Below, one piece after another: positions 24,042-36,400 of a DNA stretch of 64,000 nt. Position 1 is the stretch's first letter; every line of letters begins with the position of its first letter. This DNA is from Cyanophora paradoxa CCMP329 (Eukaryota > Plantae > Glaucophyta), in assembly GCA_004431415.1 (NCBI GenBank), contig QPMI01000432.1, positions 372,001 through 436,000 of the forward strand. Direction: 5' to 3'. The translations under genes were made by a program, and so were the position numbers. Under the pieces are notes generated by a model. It made no database searches. It saw nothing but the letters and a program-made list of their open reading frames with translations, and had not been told where the DNA came from.

Positions 24042-26472
24042 TTAGATGGTGTTCTTGGAGAAGGCCACACGGATGTTCTGGCCATCCACCGGCTTGTTGT
24101 GCATGCTGCGCGGCCGCGTCAGGCGCGGCACGGCGGGGCGGGCCGGGCGGCGGGCGGCGGCACCTGCAGAGGGCGTCGACGGCGGGGCTCGTCTCGTAGT
24201 ACTGCAGCAGGCACTGCCGCCGGTTGTTCGTCCTGCGCGGGCGCGTCAGGCACAGGCGCAGCGGGCCGGGCCGGGCTGGGCGGTGCGCACTCGAAGAACT
24301 TGAGGTTGGCGCAGTTGCCGAAGGGCGCGAACGCCTCCATGATAGACTCCTTGGTGATCGACGGGGCGAGGTTGGAGAGGTGGAGCATCGGGCCCGGCGC
24401 GCAGATGTGCTTGTACTGCGTGCTGACGTCGGCTTGGGCGCCGCGAAGGGGCGCGGGGCCGCGAACGTTCTTCTGCGCGTTCTTGACGAAGCGATTGAGA
24501 GGGGAGTGAGTGTAATCGCGGGTGTTGGTGTCCTGGCCGGAGGCGTCGGGGCCGGACTGGATGTACGAGTACTTGGAGTAATTCACGTCGATCTGCCGTG
24601 CCGAGGCGCGACGAGTAAGTAAGAGACGAAGGCGCGGGGTCGCGCGCGGCCGGCCGGCGCGGGGCGGGGCGACGGCAGCAGACCTGGTGGCCGAACATGG
24701 TGACGTTCTTGAGGTAGGTGAGCGCGAAGGTGGACTGGAGGTTGTCGCCCATCTGCCGAGCGGGTCAGAAGGCGGAGCCGGCGGGGCGGAGCCGGCGGGG
24801 CGGGCGTGCCTGGATCAGGGCGTGGTCGCGCTTGTTGTGGAGGATCTTGATGCGGACGATGTTGCCGTAGTTGGAGAAGAGGTTGAAGAGGGCGTCGCAG
24901 TCGGTCTTCTCGGCGTTCAGGTTCGACACGAGCAGGGTGGAGCGGTCGGTGCCGAAGAGGGGCGACGTCATGAGCTGCGGGGCGATGTTGGCGCCCGGCG
25001 GGCCCATTGAGGCCGTGCTGAACGTCTGGGCCGTGAGCAGCTGCTGCATGAGCTGCGGGTTGATCACGCCCGAGGCCGCCAGCTGAGTCAGCTGCTGGAC
25101 CTGGAGCGGGTTCAGCTGCCCCACCGCCAGCTGGCACGCGCGTCAGGAGGAAGGCGCTCACGTGTTGCGGGGATGCGCTCACGGGGTTGAAGAGGCCCGT
25201 GTTGCCAGCGACGCCGGCCGCGGCGGCCGCGGCGGCAGCGGCGGCCGCGTTGGCGTTCTGGCCCTGGGAGCCCTGGCCACCGCCGCCTCCCTGCTGGCGC
25301 GGGGGGGCCTCGGTGGGCAGATTCGGGTTCGTGAAGTCCCTGGATGGACCATCAGACAAAGGCGCTGCGATCGCGGCCGGAGCAGGGCGGACCGAGTCTT
25401 GTCCGTGTTGTGGTGCACGGTGAGCTGCTGGAGGTTGGAGAACTGGATGTGGAGGGTGCAGGAGCCAGCGTAGATGTTCTGGCCCTGCAAGCGCAGCGTC
25501 AGCGGCGTCGCGGAACGCACGGAAGGCGATGCGGACCTGGAGACGGTTCTTAGCCTCGACAGCGCTCTGGAGAACGGAGTACTGAACGAGCGCCTGGAGG
25601 CCTGCACGGGGATTCAGCGCAGGCGGAGGGGCTCGGGCTGGAAAACGACTCGGTCGGACCAGCGCTCTTCTGGAAGATGACGATCTTCTCAATGCTGCCG
25701 TACGGCGAGAAGACCTGGTTGAGAACATCGACAGTGATGGGGTAGAGGGGGTTCGAGATGGTGACGAGGAGGATGCGATTCGGCGGCGCCTCCTGCTGCT
25801 GCCCACGCGGGCCGCCCTGCTCCTGCCATCGGGTTGAGAAAATAGCACGAGCGGGTACGATTCATGAATGTCTCACATCAGACGGGGCGCTGGACGGGTT
25901 GCGCGACTCGCCAGTGAGCTCCTGGTGCGAGCTGTACTGCGCATACACGACGCGACCACTGCACGCGGACGTAAGCGTCGAACGGCCAGGAGACGGATCA
26001 TACAAGCTAACCGGATGGACGCAGGCACGTTGGAGTAGTAGGTGATGAGGTTCACAGCCGAGTTGAGATCCGCCATCTGAACCAGCGCCTGGCCCTTGGT
26101 GCGGAGCAGGAGCACTTGCTGCGGGTCGCCAAGATACGTCAGGAATCGACCGTGACACGGCAAAATCGCCACGGGCTCGCGGCGGGAAGCATATTTGGCC
26201 GACGGACCTGCACAGCGCCGAATGGAGCGCAGAGCGCCGTGAGCTCGGCCTGCGGGGGGCGGGCGGGAAAGCCCATGTCAGGAGATGCCTAGACTATCGA
26301 TCGGGCAGGGGCTCGCGCGTGTCCGACGTAAGCGGCGGCGAGTCGGTGACGCGAGCGGATTAGGGCGACCGGAGGCAGCCATTCGCACCTGAGTAACATC
26401 CGGACCGATCGAACGCCAATGCACCACGCGGCTGGGGACGTTGGCGCTGGCCTTCTCAGCGGGGGCAGCCAT
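24042..26472 (-). CDS. PTB: Polypyrimidine tract-binding protein / hnRNP L family, four RRMs
   Basis: [114 protein letters not shown]. Confidence 0.93.
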
Positions 26473-26722
26473 TGTTCAGAGAAGGGGATGGAGAAGAAGG
26501 GAAAAGGCCCGCGGGAGGTTGCGGGACCAAGAGCAGCTGGGAGGAGGGGGCCAGAGGCCTGGAAACCAGCCGCTCACACCACACCGACTGGGGTACACCG
26601 AGCAGTCAGTCTTGCGTACCCCTCGCCGACGGGTTCCGAGGGTTCGAGGCTCCGCTCGGAATCGTTTCCTGCATGAAGGAACTGTTCCGCTCGTGCGTTT
26701 GAAGCAACGCCACGCGGTCCAT

Positions 26723-28983
26723 ATGGTGCGGCCCCGCGCGCCAGCGATCAAATGCCGTCCCTCGAAGTTCCCCGTTCGTCCGCGCGTCCTCTCTGACGCG
26801 CATTCGCAGTCCTGGGACTGGGCTGGTCGCTTCCTGTATGGCGCGAACGAGGATCTCGGCCTTGCATGCGGGCAGCTCCAGGACGGCACGCCGGTGGCGC
26901 TCGCTCAGTTGTCCGTGTCGCGCCCTCCACGCGCGCTCGCGCATTGATTAGACCGACGGCGCGGTCGGCGCACGTCGCGCGGAGCGCTTGCGCCCCCCCA
27001 TCCCGTCACCGCCCGCTCAGCGCCGCGTGCATTCAACCCCGCCTTCGCGCAGACCATACGTCCTCTCCATCTCCGGAACATGCGGATTTGGCGAACTCCT
27101 GGTACGATGCGCCGGCGCCCCGAACCAGTCCCTTGAGGGACAGCGGCGGGATGACATCGCTTCATTTAATTTCTCGCTTTTTATTTCGCAGGCGTACCTA
27201 CGCTCAGAGGACACTCACATTGGCTTCACGCTAACGCTCCACTTCGTTCCGAGTGACTCCAGTCTAGCTGATGTGCGCTGATCGGACTGCGCGGCGCGGC
27301 GCCCCCGCCCACGTGCGAGGCGCGGCTCAGGTGTTCGTCCACCGACTGGAGGCGAAAGAGGAGGCGGCGGCCGTCGAGCTGCTGACGGGAGAGAAGCTGT
27401 ACTTGGTCCCTACCCCGCTGCTGGCCGCTGAGATTCCGTTCCTCGGGGACGAGGTGCGATCCCCCGCGCCCCGCGCCGTGGAGTCGAAATTTGATCCGAG
27501 CGCGCGCGGGGGGGCAGCTGCAAAGGAGACCGGCGCACCATCGCCCGCACCTCATCGCCGTCGCGGCCGCCCGCAAGGCGGGGCGGTCGGTCGCGCGGCC
27601 CGCCACGCCGCCCCCGCCGCACGCCGGCCACGTGCGGCCCGAGGATGCATATGGCGACTATGCATACGAGGTGGCCTTGCTCGCGCTACCGCCCCCTCGC
27701 ATGGCTGCTCAGCTTTCCCGCGCCGCAGGACACCGCAGCGGAGGCAGAGGCGGCGGCGCGGGAGCAGACGTACGCGAAGCCGGCGGGGCTGCAGGCGGCT
27801 TCCCCGCTGGGGACTCCGCTGGAGGGGCCCGGCGAAGGCGAAGGCGACGGGGACGGCGAGGGGGACGGGGAGTACATGGAAGGGTTCGAGGAGGGCACCT
27901 GCTCCCCCGCCTACGCCCTGGGCGAGAGCGCCGGGGACGACGTCGACGGGCCCCACACGCCCTCGCCCCCGCCGATGCCCTTCGCGCGCCCCGCCGTGGT
28001 CATCCCGGAGTCGGTCGCCAAGCCGCGGCCGCTCCCGCGCGCGCCCCACCCCGCCTTCCGCAGCCCTTCCCCCGCTCGCGAGCGCGAGCGCCGCCCGTCC
28101 TCGCCCCCGCCCCCGCCCGAGCGGAAGCTTTCCTCCGGCCCCGCGCCGGGCTCGGATGCCCCCGTTCACGTCACGGGTACAGTCACGTTCCGGCATTCTG
28201 CGGGCCGCTTCGTGCGTGGGTCCTACCCCTCTAGATCTCGCGTCGTGCCGCCCCCGACGTGCCCCGCCCCGCCACGGGCCCCGCAGGCCTTCGTCGAGTG
28301 CGACAAAGACTCGCCGTGCGCGCCTCCTGCTCGCCCGCCCCTTAGCGGAGCGCGGCGCGACTCGGCGGCGGCGCAGGCGGCCGGCGCCGCGCTTCGTGTT
28401 CGTGCCGGGGCCCGTCGTCTCGCGCTTCCGGCTCAGCGTGGGGGACCGCGTCGAGGGCGAGGCCAGCCGCCGCGCCCGGGACGACAAGGGGTACCCCCTC
28501 CTCCAGTTCGTCCGCGAGGTCGGCCGGGCTCGCCGGCACTCGCCGCCCCCGCCCCGCCGCCCCCGCCCCGCCCCCGGCTCCCGCTCCCGCTCCCGCTCCC
28601 GCTCCCGCTCCCCGCCCCGCCTCCGGAAGGGCCTCCGGCGCTCCCGCCGCCCCCGCGCCGGCCCCGCAGCCGGAGCCGCAGCCGGAGCCGCGGGAGCAGC
28701 CGCGGGCGCTTCGGAAAGCGCTCGCGCAGCCCGCGGCGCTCTGCCTCGCCGCCCCTCCGGTGCCCGCCCGCCCGGGCCCGCCCCGCACCGCTCTCGATCC
28801 CGCCGCTGACCCGCCTTCCCGCCACTTCGTGCGCAGGGACCGAGGCCGATCGCCCCCGCGGCCCGCAGCCGCTCGCCGCCCCTCAGGCGGCGCGAGGGCG
28901 GCCCGCCGCCGGCGCGGGCCCGGCCCGGGCCCCGCTCGCCGCCCCCGCCGCGACGGGCCCACAGCCCGATCGACAGCCGCTGA
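26723..28983 (+). CDS. Putative SPOC-domain protein with an OB-fold (cold-shock/Rho-like) module and RS-rich tail; ends approximate
   Basis: Spliced N-terminus WDWAGRF...LPYVLSISGTCGFGELLAYL...LEAKEEAAAVELLTGEKLYLVP...HLIAVAAARK; central VTGTVTF...FVFVPGPVVSRFRLSVGDRVEGEA; C-terminal RSRSRSRSP tracts. Confidence 0.55.
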
Positions 28984-29097
28984 GTCCTCCATGTACAGTC
29001 GCGCCATAGTATCATCGTGCTTGCTTGAGCTCGCCCTGTAAATTACTAGGACACTAGTACTCTACTACCCGCACGATCGCGAGCAAGGGGCGCCGCC

Positions 29098-30074
29098 TCA
29101 GTCGTCGTAGTCCTCCCTGCGAACGAAGCGAGCGGCGTGAGCCTCGAGCTCGGAGAAGGCTGTAGCCCGCTGGGGCGGGCCCGGGGCGGGCCCGGGGGGG
29201 GGCGGGGGCACCAGCGCTCGGCGTCGAGGTCCTCGAAGAGGGCGGGGTTCCCCTTGTGCTTGTGGAAGAAGTTGATGAAGCCGCCCTGCTTACACGAGGC
29301 GGCGGTCAGAGCTAGGAGTTAGGAGGTAGGCGGGTCTCGGCAGGCGGATCCGAAGCTTAAGCCAGCTGCAGAAGGGGTGGAGCATGCGCAGGGCGGAGCT
29401 CGAGCTATAATTAGCGGGGGGTGGTTGGGCTTGCCCGTACGTACCTTTAGGATGGCGGTCTGGACCTTGGCGCTGGGCGCGCGTGCGGAGAGCTCGCGGG
29501 CGAAGCGCATGGCGCAGGAGGGCCCGCGCTGCTGCGAGTACATGCAGTGGAAGACCAGAACGTCGTGGTTCTGCGGGGGCGGGGCGAGATTAGCTGAATT
29601 AGCTGAGTTAGCCGCGCATGCGGCGTTCGTCCTCTTGTGCGCGGCCTCTGGGCCGGGCGCCGCGCGTGCGTGCCTTGAACCGCTCCACAAGGTTCGAAAC
29701 CCTGCGCCGCGCGCGCGCCGCACTTCGATCAGGGCGGTGGCAGAGCGATGGATGGAGGGACGCGCGTGCGCACTTATCGTCGAACTCTTGGGAAGGCACC
29801 TGCACATTGCGGCGGTGCGGGTCAGCGCGCCGCGCGGCCCGGCGGATTGCCACGTTGAGGAGCGCGCGCGGAGAGCGGGGGGCTCACGTGCAAGCTGCCG
29901 CGGATGTGGCCACCGACCCGGTCGTAGTCGCGCACATCAATGATCTTCGATGAGAGCCTCAGACAAGGCCGTCGCGCGGCGCCGCTCGGCCGCGAGCGCA
30001 GCGCTCACCGCAAAGCGCCGGCTCCCGCCGCTCGCCACGAGGTCCGCAACCTCCTCTGGTGTAACATACGACAT
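29098..30074 (-). CDS. Cdc25-like rhodanese-fold phosphatase / arsenate reductase (ACR2/Ibp1 type)
   Basis: IIDVRDYDRVGGHIRGS, active site VFHCMYSQQRGPSCA (HCx5R), LKGGF. Confidence 0.9.
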
Positions 30075-30476
30075 CGCCTGCGCACGGGCGATCGGTCGGT
30101 CGGCCCCGGCGCCGAGGCTGCCGCCGCTTGGATTGGGTGCCAGCTGAGCGCTGAGCGGAGCAGTGGCTGCGCGCTGGCCGCGCTCACGACCCTCTAGAGA
30201 CGCCAAACAACCCCCGCGCGCGCCGCCGCACCATCTGCGTCTGCTGGGGCCAGCGGGCGGGCGCGCCACGCACGACGGGCGATACCCGACGAAGAGAACT
30301 TCCTAGATGCGGCAATGCACCTACGAAGAGGGCGCTCTGCTGCGGCTGCGGGGCGCGGCGCATCCACTCGCGGGGGGTAGGGCCGCCAAGGCTCCCTCAT
30401 ACGACCTTCGGCGGACTTCTCTGATATAGGCTTCTCCGATCGGCAAGTGCGCTGTTGAAGCGTGCGGGAGGCTCGC

Positions 30477-33029
30477 ATGCAGCCGCGGGTCTTCAAGTCC
30501 AGCCTCTTCGGGGACGTGCGGCGCTTTGCCCTCGAGCAGCCGACCTACGCGAACCTGCGGGCAACGATTGAGCGCATTCACGGGCTTCAGCAGAATGGAC
30601 TTCAAATTAAGGTTCGGGGCTCCTGTGCTTCGGCTCTGCGCGCTTGATCAATTTCTCGGCGGGTCGCCTGACGCTCACTGCCGCCTCGCAGTACGTTGAT
30701 GAGGAGGGAGACGAGGTACGCATTAAATGAGTATTTCCTCGCACTCTTAGCGCGCCCCGCGCTCGATCGGCTGCGTACGTCGCCGGACGGCACTGGCTTC
30801 GTCTGAAACTTGCCTCCGCGCGCGCCCCCAGGTCCTTATCTCTTCCGAGGAGGAACTTGTTGAGGCTATTCGCATCAGCGAGGTCCTTTCCAACGGCGTG
30901 GTGAAGCTCAAGCTGGAACCCGCCCAGCAAGCCGCCCGAGATGCACAAGGCCCTCAGCAGCAACCCGCGGCCGTTCCCGCAGCTCCTCAGCCAGCACCCG
31001 CAACCGCTTCCACGGCTCCTGGAGACCAAGCCACGGGTTCGGCCGCGCGGCCTCAGCAGTCCGTCGGGGCTAGCCTCGACGGCCTGCGCGAGAGCATCTC
31101 TGCCGCATACGGCTCTCTCTCCGACGAGCTGACGCGGCAAATCAACATGTCCAGCCTCGGCCCGGCCGTCTCGCACGTGCAGGCGTCCATGCGCGCCATC
31201 CAGAATGCGGCGCCGGGCCTCGTGCAGGGCGCCATCGCCGCCGCCAGCGCCGCCGCCGCGGACTCGTCGGCACCGCAGCGGGCGGCGCACCTGGCGCAGG
31301 CGGCGCAGCTGCTGGGCCAGGTTCCCGCTCTTGTAGGAGCCGTCGCCGGCCCCGCCATCAACAACGTCCTCTCGAGCCTCCCAAACGTCCGCCCGCCCTC
31401 CATGCGCGCCCTGCTCTCCGCTTCGCGCACGCGCTGATCTTTTCCGGCCGGCTGCGTCAGACGCAAGAGGGGTGGCGCCAGCTCGCCCAGCAGTCCGCGG
31501 AGCAAGCGCAGGTGCGCCTGCGCTTGCTCTTGCTTGCCCCAAGCGCGCGCCACCGCGCGCCCACGCCCACGCCGGCTCGCGCAGCGCCTCTCGGCGGCGG
31601 CAAACACGATCGCGGCGGAGGCGGGGGAGGCGGCGCGCCGCGCCGCCGGCGCCGCGGGGCCCGTCGCTCTGGAGGCCCTCGGCCGCGTCACCGCGGCGGC
31701 CGCCGCCTCCCCCGCCGTACGCCCGCGCCCCTTCTCTCCACGCTCTTGGTTTAGGTCTCTGACGGGCCGCGCGCGCGCAGGCGCGGGCGGGCCTGGCGGC
31801 GGCCGCGCCCTCCATCGCGAGCCTCCTCGCCGGCGTCATGGGCGCCATGCAGCCTCAGCCGCAGCCTCAGCCGGCTCAGCCGGCTCAGCCGGCTCAGGCG
31901 GCGGCCTTCCACCCGGCTGCCCCCGCGGCTCCACCGGCCCCGGCTCCTGCCCCGGCGCCGGCGGCGGGGCTGTACCCGCAGCTGGGCGCGCGGGCGGAGG
32001 CGATGCGGGCGCGCCCCTCGGACGACGCGCTGATCGAGGAGGCCTTTGCCGAGCTCCTCCGCGCACAGTGCGCGGCCGCCCCCGCCCCGCCCCTCTAAGC
32101 AACGCTTTGGTCTGGCCTAGCCTTTGACCTAGCCTAGGCGGCCCCCGCCCCACCCCGCCACGCCCCGCCACGCCACGCCACGCAGCGCAAAGCTTTTGCC
32201 TGGCGTAGCTCACTTTGCTTTGCGCCATGCAGGAACGCAGCCGCGGCGGTGGCGGCCCCGGCGGCTGCGGCGGCGCCACCCGCCGCGGGATCTGCGCCGG
32301 CTGCGGGCGGCCCCGGGGCGCCCATGTGCTCCTTCCGGGCCGACGTCACCATCCCCGACGGAACCACCCTCTCCCCAGGCCAAGAGTTCACCAAGGCACG
32401 CGCCGCCTGTACCCCCCCTCGCGCCTTACCCCGCCCAGCGGCGCCGGCTTACCTACCCCCTCCCCTCGCAGATCTGGCGCCTTGCGAACACGGGCCCCTG
32501 CGACTGGGCGGCCGACTGGGCCCTTACTTTTTCGGGGGGGCACCCGTTAGGTGCGCGCGCGTGTGTGTACCCCCTCCCTTGGACCGTCCCCCGACCCTGC
32601 GCAGGCGCCGAGGTCGGGGCGAGGGTGCCGCTGGGGCGGGTCGTACCCCCCGGCCAAGAGATCGAGGTACCTGTCTGCCTCCGAGCGCCCCTCACCCCAG
32701 GCTCGCCCACATCCTCCCAACGCCTCTTCCGCCCCTCCAATCTGAGCGGGGCGCGCGCAGGGGAGTACCGGGGCGAGTGGCGGATGTCGACGGCCGCTGG
32801 CCCCGCGCAGCCGTTCGGCGCGCGCGTCTGGGTCTCCGTCCGCGTCGCCCCTGGCGGCAACGTTAACGCGAGGCCGGCCCCTCCGCCGGGGACGAGCGCG
32901 GTGGTCTTCGAGGCGCTGCTGGGGCAGCTGGCGGCGATGGGCTTCGAGGACGCGGCGGCCAACGCGGAGGCGCTGCGGACCACGGGCTGCGACCTCGCCG
33001 CCGCCGTCGACCGCCTCGCCGGGCCCTGA
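30477..33029 (+). CDS. NBR1-like selective autophagy receptor (PB1 - FW/NBR1 domain - UBA)
   Basis: PB1: FKSSLFGDVRRF...IKYVDEEGDEVLISSEEEL; FW: FRADVTIPDGT...FTKIWRLANTG...GEYRGEWRM...FGARVWVSVRV; UBA: QLAAMGFEDAAANAEALRTTGCDLAAAVDRL. Confidence 0.88.
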
Positions 33030-33413
33030 GCCGCCCCTGCGCCGCGCGCTGCGAGCCCGGCCCGGCCCCCTGACCCTTGAAGGCTTCAGGCTTGATAATC
33101 CGATGATCGATATCAATGAATCTGTACAGCCGGGTAGCCTTCGGGCCGCCCTTCCTCTGCCTTGTAACCCTGCGCCCCCCCCCCGCCCGCGCCCTATGGT
33201 CCCCCCACGATCCCGCGCTTTTTGCATCAAAGAAAGCGCGTCGCGTTGATCAGAGTAAGCACAGAGCGGCGAGAGAAGGCTACCTACAGCTACGCGCGAG
33301 CCGCTAAACCGCGGAGAACCTACGGGCTAGAGGGGGTCCGATGTCCGGAAACGAAATGTAAAGATGACGCTACAAAGCGGGAAGCCCAGCTATAGCGGTC
33401 TTGGAAAACTCTC

Positions 33414-36400
33414 CTACGAGGAGACCTCGACGGGGGCCGGGGCCGGGCTCGGGGAGGTGGCCGGGGCGGCGGCGCGGCTCGCGCTGCTGGCGCGGCTGCT
33501 GCTCCCCGCGCCGCCGCCGGCGCCCGAGGCGGAGGCGGCGCTGGAGTCGGCGCGGGGTCCGGGGGCGGCCGAGCCGTCCTCGCCCAGCTCCGCCCGGAGC
33601 GCGGAGGCCCCCGCGTCGTTGCCGACGGCCTCGTAGGCCTCGAGGAGGGCGCGGAGGATGGGCTCGCCGCCGGGCCCGCCGCACTGGCGCGCCGCCTCGG
33701 CCGCCTCCTCGGCGTGCTTGATGAAGGCCGCCGAGTCGCCGGCCTCGAGGTGCGTCTCCGCGAGGGCGAGGAGGCAGCGGGCGACGGGGAGCGAGGCGGG
33801 GCCGCGCAGGGCGCGGAGCGCGGCCAGCTGCTGGCGGTAGGAGCGGAGGGCCTCCGCGTGGCGCCCGAGCTGGCGCTGGAGCTCGGCGACGGCGCCGAGG
33901 GACGAGGCCGTCTCCTCGTGCTGCTCGCCTAGGCTCCGCTGGCGGGCGCGCAGGGCCATGAGGTGCGTGGTGAGGGAGCGCGCCGGGTCGCCCCGCCCGC
34001 GGTGCAGCGCCGCGACGAGGAAGTTGGCCGAGGCGACGCGGGGGTGGTCCTTGGATAGCGCCCCCTTGCAGATGCGCTGCGCCCGCTTGGCGAGCTTCAT
34101 CGCCCGGTCCAAGTCCTGCAGGTCGGCGGCCACGACGCCGGCCATGTCGTGCAGGCACTGCGCGACCCGCAGGCTCTCCTTCCCGCAGGCCGCCTCCAGC
34201 ACGTGCGCGCGCTCCTGGAGCGCGGAGAGGACGCCGGCCGTGTCGCCGCGGGCGTGGCACGCCCGCGCCAGCGCCGTGAGAAGGTCGCCGACGGCGAGGT
34301 GGCGGGCGCCGTGGGAGCGCTTGACGAGGGCGAGGGCCTTGTGAGCGGCCGCGAGGGCCGCCTCCGAGTCGCCCGCCGCGAGGTGCGCGGCGACCGTCTT
34401 CTCGTGGAGCCAGGGGCCCTCGGCGCCGCCCTCCTCGCCCAGGCCCAGCGCCTTCAGCCGCGCCGCGATCGCCGCGAGCGCCCCCGCCGCGTCGCCGCGC
34501 GCGAGGAGCAGCGAGACGGTCGCCTGCGCGGTGCGGGCGACCGTCGGGTGCCCGACGCCGAGGCGGCCGAGCTGCTCGGCGGCGGCGGCCTCGAGGACGG
34601 CGGACGCCTTGTCGAACTCGCCGCGCTCCGTGTGGGCGACGGCCTGCCAGTGGGCGACCTCGTCGGCCATGGAGGCGGCGGCGAGGCCGGCGCCCTCGGC
34701 CACGCCGGCCCGCAGCGCGTCCCGCGCCTTCTCCAGCACCGCCAGCGCCCGGTCGTGCTCCCGCTGGGCCACGTGACTACAGAATGAAGTCAGCTAAGAG
34801 GAAGGATAAGGTGGAAGAAGGAGCTAGGCACCATGCGGCGGTGGTGGCCATCGTCTGCGCGACGTCGCTGTGGAGGCTCCCCAGGACCTTGCGCTTCAAG
34901 GTCACCGCCAGGAAGAGCAGCGAGAGGGCGCCCTTCTGCATCTGCCCGCCGGCCGCCGCCAGGAGCGCGCCGGCCTGGGCGAGGGCGTCACCGGCCTGCG
35001 CCGCCTCCACCTCGCCGGCGTGCACCGCGCCGCCCAGGGCCGCCTCGAGCAGCTCGGGCACGTCGCAGCCGTGCGCGGCGGCCGCCGAGAGGTACGCGAC
35101 GGCCGCCCAGCGGTGCCGCGGGGCGTGCAGCGCCGACAGCGCCGCCGGCTCGGCCAGCAGCCGCACGACGCGCTCGTGCATGCCGGCCCTGTGCGCGTGG
35201 TAGGCGCCCTCGGTGGCGCGCCGCTCCGAGGGCGGCTGGGCGAGGAAGTGGGCGGCGAGCTCCTCGTGGGCCTTGCGGAGGCCGAGGGAGCCCTCCTCGA
35301 GGCCGCACTCGGCGCGGGCCGCCTCGGCGAGCTGCCGGTCGGCGAGGCAGAGGCAGCCGGCGCGCTGGGCGAGCGCCGGGCCCAGGGCGAGGCGCAGGGC
35401 GGCCCAGCGCGAGGGGGCGGCGGAGAGGGCGAGGAGGGCCTGCAGGTCGCCCTCCGTGAGGCCCTCCCGCGTGACGAGGAGGTACCCCAGCAGCCGCTGC
35501 ACCACTGGGGGGGGGGTTAGGGATGGGGGGGCGGAGCGAGGGCGGGGTACGGACGCACGCGCTGGGGTGAACTCGGCGCGCCAGCGGGCGATGGCGAGGG
35601 CGTAGAGGCGCGGGGCGCCGCCCTTGAGGGCCTCGGCGCCCATCGACGCGCCGGCGTCGCGGGCCGGCGAGCGCATCGCCTCGGCGAGGAGGCGCGCGCA
35701 GAGCGGGGTCATCTCGGGGGCGGCTGCGACGGCGGCGTCGAGGGCCGCGCGGTCGGCGCGGGCGGCGAGGGGCCCCATGTGGGCGAGGGCGACGCGGGCC
35801 GTCTCGGCCGGCTCGAGGGGCGCGATCTCGAGGCGGCGCCAGCCGAGCTCGCCGGCGCGCTCGACGAGGGCCGCCGAGGCGGGGCCCGCGCTGGACGAGG
35901 CGGTGAAGACGACGCGGACGTTGCGGGGGGCCTTGGGCGGCATCCAGGAGAGCCCGCCGGCGACGCCCGTGCCGTCCTGCACCTCGTCCAGGCCATCGAT
36001 GGCGAGGATGAGGCGCGGGGCGCCGGCCGCCGCGAGGAGCGCCGCGGCGCGCTGGAGGAACCCGGCGAAGCCGACCACGACGTCTTCGTCCGAGGGGACG
36101 GGCTCGGGCTCGGCGGGGAGCGACGGGGAGCCGACGGCCGCGGCGATCTCGGCGGCGGCGCGGCGGAGGATGGCGGAGAGCGAGGCGTCCTCGGAGCCGC
36201 CGCCCCCGGCGTAGTGGACGTGGAGGACCTCGCCCGCGGCGCCCGGCGACTGCCGCCGCCGCGCCGCCCACGCCGCCAGCAGCGCTGCCGCACCGAACCG
36301 CGTAAGCCAAGCCGAGGATTCGAATTCAAATTTGAATTCAAACTCGAACCGCTCTTGCCGGAGCCGGGCTCGCCGGTGACGAGGAGCGGGGTGGAGCTCT

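Noticed and set aside
26251-26388. Autoregulatory poison exon in the longer first intron of PTB
   Set aside because: Plausible by analogy with plant and animal PTB, but no supportable internal exon is visible
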